Shown here: piece after piece, positions 53,590-64,000 of the stretch | Numbering within the stretch: position 1 is the stretch's first letter | Layout of the letters: every line of letters starts with the position of its first letter | NCBI GenBank assembly: GCA_010093605.1 | Contig: MU004203.1 | Span: forward strand, 388,391-452,390 | Direction: 5' to 3' | From: Lophium mytilinum | Taxonomy: Eukaryota | Length of the DNA: 64,000 nt | Program-made: the position numbers and the translations under genes | The notes under the pieces: generated by a model | Databases searched by the model: none | What the model saw: only the letters and a program-made list of their open reading frames with translations | Told to the model about the DNA's origin: nothing

Positions 53590-53670
53590 ATGGATCCCAA
53601 GCCGGAGCCTCTCCCCAGCGACTTCCCTCCCATGTTTGCTCGAGAGTTCGCCGACAGCAGCTCCTACTAG
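53590..53670 (+). other. Putative 26-aa upstream ORF/microprotein following a 5'UTR intron (53461-53517)
   Basis: gtcATGG context; MDPKPEPLPSDFPPMFAREFADSSSY*. The upstream intron reads GTAGCG..CTGAC..CGCAG. Confidence 0.4.
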
Positions 53671-54136
53671 AGAGCTTAGTCTCGCATCTTAGAGCTCTGA
53701 AACACCAGTCTGGCGATCTATCACCTCAAGATCGTCGCATACCATCCGTAGGCGCCCTCCTTGCGTGTCGCGTCACATCACACTACACTATTCCGCTTCA
53801 CCTTTGCGCTGCGTGCTCGCGCGACGACAACATCTACACCCCTCACGACATCGCGACTCGGGACCCTCTCACTAAACCTTCCTTCATATTACACGGCCCG
53901 CTCATGGGTTAAGAAAAGTGCTTCTACACCACTGCAACTGGAGGCGCTGGGCTGAAATTTCTTTGTCTGGCTCTGACGTGGGGGCTGCGGTCGGCGTACA
54001 AAGGCATTGTTGCGTTATATCCACCAGCGTTCCTTATTAAACTCATTACTCTGCATTTCTTGCGCACGGTTCTAATACATCAAAATACCTCAATACCCAC
54101 AATCAAACCCAAAATCAACAACCGCGCAACTACAAC

Positions 54137-55753
54137 ATGTCTACTCATCGCAGTGCCTCACTAGGCCCCGACCCAGACCCCAGAACCCCGCCACAATTTG
54201 TCCCTAAGCGCACTGTGTCTACCGAGCCGAAGTCTGACTACCTAAGAGGGGTGCTTGAGTCAAGACGCCCCAAGGGAACGCTGACGCCTTCGCCTGCTCC
54301 GCCGATGGTTGCAGAGTCGCCATCGGATTCGGATGATGAGTGGGCGCCGAGTGATGAGCATGGGAAAGGCCAGACTCTGAAGCGTCAACTGCGCCGCTTG
54401 TCCATGGATGCGCCAGTTGATGCCAAGACGCCCCACCGACAGAAAACCCGTGCAGAGCTGGCCAAGGATAAAGACAAGATGGAGAAGAACAGCTTTGCTA
54501 TCGGTCTGCGCATCGTCCTGTTGGAGGAGCAAAATGCCAAATACGCGAACGAGTTGGAAGAGGCCCGCGAGCGTCTCGAGGAGCTCGAGGACGTCAAAGA
54601 AGACAACCGCGAGCTTCGGATGGAGCGAGACTTGATGAAACTCCGGTTGCAAAATGTGGATACCCTGCTCGCTGGGAAGGACGACGATATTGCTGAACTC
54701 ACCGCAATCAACGACGAGACTATCAAAGAGATGGAAAAACGGGACGCTGGTCTTGAAGAAGCAGCTGATATGATCCTCTCTCTTGAAGAGGAGAACACCA
54801 CTTTGCGCCAGCAACTCGAGACCTCTAGGTTGGCCACTGTTGTCAATAATAGCGACTACTCCAGCTTCGATGGCGAGAAGATGCTCACGACTCGCACCTC
54901 TCTCGCTAGTATTGCAGAGTCTAAGATGTCATCATCCGAGAACCACTCCGACTACTACAGCCAGCCAGGATCTCCCCAGGTAAAGCCATCGAAGACTCCG
55001 TCCCCCAAGAAGCCAGCTAGGCCAGCTTCCTCGAGAATTCAGAACATGATCTACAATAATTCCAAGGGTCACGGCTCAGTCAATGAACTCCGCAAGCGAA
55101 TCTCTTACGTCTCGCTCACAGACCGGGAGTCTGTCCAGTCGGCCCCAGACTATGCGCCCTCCGCCATCTCCACCGTCCCTAGTCTCCCAGATATTAAGCC
55201 ACCTGGTACTCGGCGCCCCATAAACCGCGCCGAACCGCATCTCAACACCTCCGTATCCGCCGAAACCATTCAACAGGAGCGTTCTCCGCGAAAATCATCC
55301 CTCTACCCCAACCCCCTTGCTCTCCGAGATCGCTTCTACAAAGACCAAACGGCGTCACGGATTCCCCAATCACCAACCACTACGCGCCGTGACTCTGGTA
55401 TTCCAACCCCCGTGCTCGAACAAGACGCATACAAAGCCATGGTCCCGCCGCGAGGTAGCAGCAAAGCTTTTGCCCGCCGCAACAGCTCTGTCGACCAAGA
55501 CCCGGCTGAATCTTCTCCTGATTTGCCGCAGTCGTCGTCCCAGTCTTCACCAGAAAGTACAGAAACGGGATTTACCCAGCCGCATCAGCAGAACTGGTGG
55601 GAGGGCTACCAACGCTTCACAGCGAAACAAAACCCCACACTGCCAAGACCGGCGGTGACACGGACTAACACGGCGCCGAACTTATTCAACCCTGGAGAGG
55701 ATGAGGAGGAGTTTATGGAGAGAATGAAAGGGGTGGCCGGGAGGAGGAGGTAG
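54137..55753 (+). CDS. Coiled-coil protein with degenerate centrosomin motif 1 (Cnn_1N/CM1)-like segment
   Basis: 538-aa ORF. TRAELAKDKDKMEKNSFAIGLRIVLLEEQ resembles CM1 (..DKLxKENFxLKLRIxxLEE) and is followed by a coiled coil (EMEKRDAGLEEAADMILSLEEEN) and an S/P-rich disordered tail. Confidence 0.65.
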   Translation: MSTHRSASLGPDPDPRTPPQFVPKRTVSTEPKSDYLRGVLESRRPKGTLTPSPAPPMVAESPSDSDDEWAPSDEHGKGQTLKRQLRRLSMDAPVDAKTPHRQKTRAELAKDKDKMEKNSFAIGLRIVLLEEQNAKYANELEEARERLEELEDVKEDNRELRMERDLMKLRLQNVDTLLAGKDDDIAELTAINDETIKEMEKRDAGLEEAADMILSLEEENTTLRQQLETSRLATVVNNSDYSSFDGEKMLTTRTSLASIAESKMSSSENHSDYYSQPGSPQVKPSKTPSPKKPARPASSRIQNMIYNNSKGHGSVNELRKRISYVSLTDRESVQSAPDYAPSAISTVPSLPDIKPPGTRRPINRAEPHLNTSVSAETIQQERSPRKSSLYPNPLALRDRFYKDQTASRIPQSPTTTRRDSGIPTPVLEQDAYKAMVPPRGSSKAFARRNSSVDQDPAESSPDLPQSSSQSSPESTETGFTQPHQQNWWEGYQRFTAKQNPTLPRPAVTRTNTAPNLFNPGEDEEEFMERMKGVAGRRR

Positions 55754-56241
55754 CGGAGTAGGGAGGAGGTTTGATCTTGCATTGGCGTTCTAAGGCATGG
55801 CGTATCTGGCGAACACCTCGAAAAGGGAATGGGAAACTGGCGTATGGAGCATTTGCATGTTGCTGTTCCATGGGAGGGATGCGCTGTAACACTATGTTTG
55901 TGAGGTTTCTTCATCTTTTTCTACGGCTCGAAGGTGCTGTTTCTGAGCGAGCGGTGTCTCCTAGCTAAGGGGAGGCTTTTTAGACTTGGACTGACAAGCA
56001 TGGCGCGCGCTGAGATCCAGGACTTAATATTAATCATGATGCTTTGCACACCGTCCTAATACCACCTGCATGCTCTATTTCGTGATAATCTGATCATAAA
56101 CACGTGATTACAAGCCACTTCGCTCCTCCGCTCAGACCTCCGCAACACCACGCCAAGCTCCATCTTCAACCCCACGTCACCCAGTTTCCACACTCAGCAT
56201 AAACATTCCCGCCGAAACATGCGCAAGTGGCCACAATCACA

Positions 56242-57282
56242 ATGCTAACCTCCGGCTTCACCAACGCGCCCGTCTCGCGCTTCCTGGTCTTCTGGGTCGT
56301 TACCGGCGCGCTGCTCGCCAGCATGACGGACATGCGATACTACCTACACATCGAAGTGGTGCCGCACTTGTGGGGGTATGGGCAGTGGTGGAGGGGGCTG
56401 AGCTGGGTGGTAAGCAGCACATGCTTCAGATACCAGGCAAAGAATTGTTCTAAACCTATCACAGACATGCTACACGAACTCCTCAGAAGTCCTCTTCGCA
56501 GCAATGTCATTCTATCACCTGCGCGTTATCGAGAGATTATGGGGGAGTCGGAAGTTTGCTGTACGTATATCCACCTCATACCCGAATTCTTTTCTATACT
56601 CCCATTCCTTCTCCTCTCTCACATCCCCCTCCCACGGCCGAATTTCAAAACTGACAATCCGTCATGACAGTCCTTCCTCCTCTCCACCGCCCCCTACACG
56701 ACCCTCCTCCCCCCTCTCCTCCTAACCCTCCTCCTCCGCCCCCTCACCTTCGGCCGCATCAACATCCTCCCCGCCGGCCCCACCGCCCTCCTCTTCGCCC
56801 TGCTCGTGCAATACCACGCCGCAATCCCCATCATCTACCGCTACAAACTCGCCGCCAGCGCCCCTGCCCCTGCGTCTAGCGCGTCTGCGACTGCTGCGGC
56901 TGGGCCCAGAGGCCTCATGAACACGTCCATCACGCTTACGTCGAAGACGCTGAGCTACGCGCTCCCGGCCCAACTCGCGCTGTCGTCTCTACCCGGTTCC
57001 GCGCTCGCGGCCGCGGTCGGCTGGGCCGTGGGCACGGCGTATCGGCGCGATATACTGCCTGGGGCGAGTGGGTGGCGGGTGCCGGCGTGGGTGGTTGGGG
57101 AGAAGCCGGGGCAGGCGAGGAGTGGGGGGTTTGAGGGGTTGAGGAGACGGTTGGAGGGGGAGAGGGAGGGGGGGATACTTGCTGGCGAAGGGGTTGTTGG
57201 GGAGAGGGGGGAGGGCAGGGCGAGGCGGAGAACATTAGGGGGTTTGGTGGCGGGGCAGTTCGGGGGAGCGGGACAGACTTGA
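56242..57282 (+). CDS. Dsc2/Ucp14-like rhomboid-pseudoprotease membrane protein (DSC E3 ligase complex), 3 exons
   Basis: [66 protein letters not shown]; introns ~56410-56464 and ~56561-56670. Confidence 0.8.
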
Positions 57283-59322
57283 GGGCATGAGGCCTGGGGA
57301 GAGCTGTGCGTGGAGGGGCCGTTTTGCATTGGCATTGCTGGAGTTTTGGCTAGGATGATGGGGCATGGGTGACGTGAGTAGACGACTTCATAAAAAAGCT
57401 GGTATGATTAGATTGCTGGTGTTGTCTCCTTTTCCTCAAGGGCTGGTTTCACGTGTTGCTCACAAGACCTCTGACCTTCTCGCGCCTTGTATCTTTGCAA
57501 AACCCTCACCGCCACTCCTTTTTGCTCTATCAGATGACTCCTCACCGGTTCACGTGCCGCTTACTCATTCCCCCTCTGTTCCGACAATAAAATCTCTCGC
57601 TCCCCCGGCAGGAAGCCTTTATTTCTCTCCAGAGGACAGGGTGGACAGAAAATGGTGGGGACCTCGAAAGTATGCGTACGATGTGATACTGTGCGTTCTT
57701 GGGCTGCAAAGCCACAGCATCAAGAAAGCCATGTGGTCTGGAGGACAGTAAAAAGCAAATGCACTCTTTGCCAATGGGTGGTGTGGAGCTGGTGGTTTGA
57801 AAAGAATGTTCAAGGCAACTCAATGGGACCGCGGCGGAAGTTCAAACGAAACACCCAGACTTGTCATGGGTGGGAGGAGGTGGTAGTGGTCGTTCGCCAC
57901 AGGATGAACAATCAAGCTATGGGGTGGTGGTGGGAGTTTCGGCATCAACAGAATCGATCGTGAGCAGCTATGGACCAGTGGAGGTTCGAAAAGCGAGACA
58001 GCGGAACAGAATGGGGGCTGGAGGTGGAAGCGGTTGGGAGATCGGGGTCGAAAAGATCGAACTGGCGGTTATCCATGTCTGGTAGAGGTGGTGGAGGTTC
58101 AAAAACGGTGACGGAAAACTGTCATGGAGTGTGAAAGCGGAGTTGAGATCAAAAATAGGCCGCAATTCCGGCCATGGAGTGGTGGAGCTGGGTGAAATTT
58201 CAAAGTCTGGTGTTCCTTGAGACATATGGGTGCGCTAGGTTCGAAATCGGTGATGCCTTGCTGGAATGGACTGGTAGGGGTGGGACTCGGGCGCGGTGGG
58301 TTTATCACCGCTCGATGATGCCCAGCTTTACCACAGTCCCAAGATGCAGCGTTTCAAAGAGGGAGGTACTGTACAGACCGTCTGCGAAGAGTCATGATGG
58401 ACACCAGCAGCGTGGTGGATAGTAATCACAGCGGTCTCAGCACTTTCCATCCAAGGATGCCGCAGAACTTTCGATCTCGCACGCTTCTCATAATACTGTG
58501 GCAAGGTATATTTGATTCCCTCTCTCTCCATGTTGCGCATCCCGCCTGGATTTTACTATCCTGCTCCTCCGTAGATCCCCCTCTACTAGAAAAGTGGAAA
58601 GAGGAGAGGGGGGTTTATATACTGCATCTCACGGGCATTCTCCTCTAGCACGTGCAAGTCAAAGTTTGGCTTGCTGTCATCTGCATCTCGTCCTAACTTA
58701 TGTTGAGGTGCTGAAGCACCCCAAACAGAGGCACATAGGCTGACTGGCAAAGTGTGAAATGTCTCTGATTCCAGGGTTCCGGGACTTTACATCTTCTCAA
58801 GAATTTCAGAATGCACCGAAGCACCCTCAACGTTGGTAACACGTGTGCCTAGACCTTTTGCAAGGCATTGTATTCCAGCTCCGTAACAAGGCGCTTATCA
58901 CCTGATGGCAACGGAAGCACGTGCGAAGGGATATAAAACCTCCCGCCCCCCGCGCAGATGTAAGTTTCTTTCTCTTAAGATAAAGAGAAGTTTGGGGGTT
59001 TCAAATACAAGATCTGAAGGATATGATGTTTTGGGGAGAGAAGGTTCCACTACGTCAGATCCTCGCCTTCGATGAACTGATGGAGCTTAAGGAGAGGGTT
59101 TCAATAGTGCATATAGGCCGCCCTCATGGATTGGCGGTGCTGGAAGAATCAAACAGACTTGCGTCAATTCCTGATGGGCTTGAGCATTTGAAATCGTGTT
59201 CAGGACGCAGTCATGGACTGGGACTGGCTGGCTGGGGTATGCAAATCGGATTTACGAAGCGCATTATGAGTCTGTGGAGTTGGGCAGTTCGAAACACGGA
59301 AAGAGTATTTGGTCCTGGTAGA

Positions 59323-59394
59323 GAGAAACCGGAGAACTCGTGAAGGGAGAAACTGGAGAACTCGTGAAGGGAGAAACCGGAGAACTCGTGAAGG
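59323..59394. repeat. 24-bp tandem repeat x3 (GAGAAACYGGAGAACTCGTGAAGG)
   Basis: Copies at 59323, 59347 and 59371 with one mismatch. Confidence 0.9.
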
Positions 59395-60365
59395 GCAACC
59401 CGGAATGATCGGAGGAGTTGGCGAGCGGTCCCCGAGGTTTGGTGATGACGACGTTCGATCGTCGCAAATGCTGTTCTTCAGTGACGAAGTAGAGTGCTAG
59501 TGAGCATCTACTACAGAGTGTAGACAAGAGCACCAACAACTGATGTACCAGAGCAAAACGGTGACGGCACTTTCTCTAGCGCACTTAGTCGTCTCCTTTC
59601 TGATCCCAAAGGGCTCTCCATCGGCTATTTTGAGCTGCAAGCTCTTCTGGAATAGCTGAGCGGACTGCTTAACGACGGCGGAGGGAAAGACGGTATAGCT
59701 TTGAATACCCATCTTCAGATGTCTTGTTTGCCCGGCACGTGGAAGACATCTATACGCTATCCGATGTTCCTTATGCAAATCAAAATATAGAAATCCTAGC
59801 GGGTCAGTAAAACTATTTTCTCTTATCACTCTGATGACGTTCCTCTGTACCCATGAATCGAGTAGAACGTAAAGTTTCCTGATTTTCTAGGTAAACATGG
59901 ACATCAGGCGATGTTTCGGTGACGCTGGAGAATCGAATGGAGATAAGAGACAAAGGACGAAAAGAAATAACAGTACGATTAGCTCAGTTGTGTAAGACAG
60001 TATAGCTGTAATGAACCCATGATAGCCTGAATTTGGAGGACTAAAGCGTTTTGATATGGCTCCGCATCTTTGTGGAATGTTGAAGCCAACCAAAGTACAG
60101 AATAGATCCCCTAAGTTCTTACAAAAAGTTATTCTGGAATAAGACAATTTCAATCGCTGCGGACTAGTGTTCCGATTTCTAGTACCCTGCATTGATGAGA
60201 CGCAACTTTCCTAGTAACATAAACAGTGCTTGCTCAGACGAAGTGAAGAAGACAAGAAGGAAAGAGGATGGGGAGGCAGGGATAAGGAGCCGCACGGTCT
60301 CAGACGCGAGCTTGTCTTAGGTAGCTTCAGCCCATCACCTTCAGCTCTCCTCCACCAGCATCACG

Positions 60366-62007
60366 ATGGAAAGTCCGGCGCAATGGCTTTCAATCACTGG
60401 AGAGCCTCTTGATATGGATGCTCAGGGGTCTTTCCTAGGTACTTCACTCTAAAAGCACGAACAATCAATTGCTAACACCTGAAAGGCAATTGCCCCTCCA
60501 TCTCCACGTACAAGACTCTCAATAGCTTGGGGGAAGGCGGTACGGTCTCTGATTTCATTTTGTTGAACGATTTACTGACTCCGATGCTTAATCGCCAGCT
60601 TACGGCGTCGTCACTCGCTCCCTCGATACTCGTACCTCTGACGTCGTCGCCATAAAACAACTCCACATTTCGTCCTCCGAACGCCACAATGGTATTCCTA
60701 TCACGACCCTCCGCGAGATCTCAATTCTTCGCTCCCTACGCCACCGGAACATCGTCAACGTACTAGACGTAGCTGTGGGCGAGGACAAGCTGGAGGACGT
60801 GTACATGGTCATGGAGTACTGCGAGCAGGTTGGTGTTCCCTGCCCAGACATCCAGCAAGCTGGGTGAATGCTGGGGTATGATGAACCCAAGGAACTTTGG
60901 TATATTCTCGCTGGCTTATGCTTGCCTCTGCCCTTGAGGTGGAGGTGGTTAGGGCCGGCGTTATTCAGGACATGGCCAATTTGATGGATGAGCTGAAAGT
61001 CAAGTTCACGTTGAGTCAAGGTATGTCTACGTCCCAGGGGAAGAGGTCTGGTTATACTTACTATGGTATAGTCAAATGTCTTGCTCGCCAATTACTTGAA
61101 GGTTTGGAGTACATCCACCGCAACGACATCATCCACCGGTACCTCTCCATCTTCTGCCACACAATCAACACCCCACCTAATGTATCAGGGACGTCAAACT
61201 TCAAAATCTTCTTCTCACCGCAAAAGGCGTCCTCAAACTTGGTAAATTCCAACTTCCCCCCTGCTCCCTGCCACCACCTATCATCTAACGCACCTTTTAG
61301 CGGACTTCGGCCTCTCCCGTCCCTTTTCCGCCCGCCCCCTCACTCCTGGCGTTGTCACAATCTGGTACCGGGCTCCTGAGATCCTCCTCGGCACAAAATA
61401 CTACTCCACCCCTATAGACCTCTGGTCTGCCGGCCTCATCATCGGCGAACTGCTCCTCAATGAACCTGTCCTGCCTGCCGAAACGCCAATCGCCCAACTC
61501 GCAGCTATGGTGAAACTCTTCGGCACACCTACCAAAGAAGATGTCGATGCTTTGAGGGAACTGGGATGTCCAGACCTGGTGCGCTGGCAGAGGGAGGGGA
61601 TGCCTAGCGGACGAGCGGATAATCTCGCCCGACGATTCGAAGGTGTAGCTACCGATGGGACGTTGAGGTTTCTGAAGGGACTATTGCGATGGGACATGAG
61701 AGAGAGATGGACAGCGACGGAGGCACTGGGGCGGGGTAGACGACCGCCGAAGAATGCGGAGGACTGGTGGAGGGAGAGTCCGAGGGCGGTGGAGAAGGAG
61801 ATGCTGCCAACGTTTCCGGAGGTGCGAAATGCGGCTGGTGGAAGTAGTGGGGAGAGAAAGCTGGAGGTACCGGAGAGATTGAAGGAGGGAAAAAAGCATG
61901 GGGCTGATGAGGAGGCGGGGAAGGAGTTTGGCGGCTATACTTTCGATTTTGGGGGCGGAGATGAGGATGGAGCTGTGGTAAAGGGTGTGAAAAGGGTGAG
62001 GCGATGA
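60366..62007 (+). CDS. CDK10/CDK11-like cyclin-dependent kinase, multi-exon
   Basis: The spliced model gives FLGNCPSISTYKTLNSLGEGAYGVV, VAIK, GIPITTLREI, VYMVMEYCEQD, HRDVKLQNLLL, ADFGLSR, TPGVVTIWYRAPE and C-terminal MLPTFP. Confidence 0.85.
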
Positions 62008-62109
62008 GTATTTCAGAGGGTATGGCAATTCATTCCTGTAATTAGCAGGGCTAATCAGATCCATCATTCTTCCCTTTTCGTGGATTATCCCAATTCTCAA
62101 ATGCCTCCG

Positions 62110-63900
62110 AGAAAAGGAACCACGAAACGTCCCCTCCGCGTGTTGCCCGCATGGCCTCCTTGTCAACCAAAATCCGTTTCACGCGGTCAGATCCGTAAGA
62201 ACTTGCAGCTCAATGACCGAGAGCCTCTACCGTTTCCTTTACCTATGCTTGCCAGTTTAGTAGTACGACCTCCTCGATTCAAAGCTCTGGTTCTCGTCAC
62301 TTTCGCTGCAAAAAGCAACACATCACGTCATATCCGCGTGTCCTCCACGCACTGCTTACAGTCTATCAAAATCAGCTCCACACCGTCAAATCCGTAAGAA
62401 CTTGTAACGTTAGTAGCCGCTGTCTTCATCGAAGCATCAATAGCCACTGTCTTCATCGAAGCATCTCCCCATGGTCTCTTCACCCTCAGATTATCGGGCT
62501 AATCTGAAGGCTCTGAATCTTGCTACCTTTAAAGCAGAATCTACCAAAACAGGTGCACGCAACGTACCCTCCGCGTCTACCAAAATTAATTTAAGCGGTT
62601 CGATGCGTAAGAACTTGCAACATAAGTACCCATTTCGTCCTGCGAAGCACCTCTGCTGTTGTTTATGATCCCTTTACCGCAGGCCTAATTTAGTCGCTCT
62701 AGATCTAGTTACTTATGGAGTAAGAAGTAACTACAACAAGTACACGCGGTGTACCCTCCACGTCCGCCAAAATCACTTTTATGCGGTTTAATTTGTAATA
62801 ACTTGTAACATAAACACCCTATTTATCCTGCGGAGCACCTCCGCTGTTTTCTATAATCCCCTTACCACAGGCCTGATTTAGAGGCTCTGGATCTGCTTAC
62901 CTTAGGAGTAAGAACTGATCACAACGGGTACACTCCGCGGCTACCAAACCAGCTCTGCACGGTTCGATATGTGAAATTTTGTGACAAATATAGCCAGTTT
63001 ATCTATCGAAACACCCTAACTACCTTTCGCATTTCTAAAAACATTAAGCTAACTCAGACCCTCTAGATTTAGTTATCTTAGTAATAAAAAGGAACTACGC
63101 CTTACAAACGCGGTGGGGCCTCCGTGTCTACCAAAAACTTGATTCAAGCGGTTAGATTAGTAAGAACTTACAACTAAGCCGTAGAACTTACGAGTAGAGG
63201 AGCTTCGCCTATAATTTAGTATCTTGATAGCGTAGAGCTGGTATAGGACGGCTGGTTATAGGTTGGAAAGTGACTACAACAGGTGTACGCCGCGTACCCT
63301 CCGCGTCTATTAAAATCAGCCCCTTACGGTTTAATCTAACTCTTAAAGATAAAAGCAACCTAAACTCTTAATAGAGGTGCGCTAACTGTGTGTTGGAAGC
63401 CTAGTACTAAGGAAGTAACTCTTAATGGTTGATAATGGAGTAAGAAGCGACCACAAAGCGGTCATAAAGCGTAGCCTCCACGTCCATGTAACGTCTACTA
63501 AAAACCCTTTCGCACGGTTCAATATGTAGATCTTTGTAACAAAAGTAAGTAAGTCTTGGATTAAAGTGCCTCGGCATACTTTCTCTAATCTCTTGTCATC
63601 GGCCTGATTCTAGAGGGTTAGTTGAAGGATGGAAAACGACTATAACGGGAGCACGAAACGTGGCCCTCTGCGTCTATGAAAATCATGTGACACGGTTCGA
63701 TATGTAGATTCTTGTAACATTACTAGACAATCGCTCCACCGAGGCAATTTTGCTCGGTTTCTTAGTCCTTATATCGCCGAGCTGATTCCGGGTGGGTAGT
63801 TAAAGGATGGGAAACAACTACAGCGGATGCACAAAGCGTGGCCTCCGCGTGCACGCCGCGTCTACGTAAATTGATTCTATGCGGTTGAATTACTTGTAAT
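62110..63900. repeat. Degenerate tandem array, ~10 units of ~176-213 bp
   Basis: Core CCTCCGCGTCTACCAAAAT..CGGTTCGATNNGTAAGAACTTGTAAC recurs with the CGGTT anchor (or its degenerate form) at 62184, 62383, 62596, 62784, 62960, 63149, 63327, 63515, 63693 and 63882. Confidence 0.9.
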
Positions 63901-64000
63901 AAAAGCGGGCAATTGATGAGTAGGGGGGGGTTCGGAGGTAGTCGTTGGCTCTATTATTGTGGAGCTAATTTGGACGCCGTTTTTAACCTGCACAGCCGCA

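Noticed and set aside
62596..62610. GGTTCGAT as part of a tRNA gene
   Set aside because: No acceptor or T stem and no A-box spacing; it is embedded in the tandem repeat.
62110..63900. CRISPR-like conserved core plus variable spacer architecture
   Set aside because: The context is eukaryotic with no cas genes, the repeats are degenerate, and neighbouring spacers are homologous to each other.

Overview
Intron-containing DNA from a filamentous ascomycete (GT-AG introns with CTRAC/CTAAT branch sites; gene set consistent with Pezizomycotina, possibly a Dothideomycete, which is an inference). About 18 protein-coding genes can be reconstructed: a class I/II aminotransferase, V-ATPase subunit a (VPH1), MER3/HFM1 helicase, a UDP-galactose-type nucleotide-sugar transporter, COQ3, TFIIE-beta (TFA2), the Mlp1/Tpr nucleoporin, a DUF3429-like mitochondrial protein, an MFS transporter, a Rieske oxygenase, an SDR, a Gly/Asn-repeat small protein, glycerol kinase (GUT1), ERG27, a centrosomin-motif coiled-coil protein, a Dsc2-like protein and a CDK10/11-like kinase, plus one gene absent from the ORF track. 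The most notable observations are: (i) that hidden gene, a 3-exon 67-aa Cys/His-rich microprotein at 42000-42331, alone in an ~11 kb gene-poor interval; (ii) an in-frame 88-codon, presequence-like N-terminal extension of glycerol kinase interrupted by a single TGA-C; (iii) two degenerate tandem arrays (107 bp x ~4; ~10 units with alternating ~188/~177 bp spacing), both carrying B-box-like motifs; (iv) a 26-aa uORF behind a 5'UTR intron upstream of a gene with a degenerate CM1 motif. No tRNA, rRNA, CRISPR array or intact transposon was recognised. All calls are by eye, without database searches.
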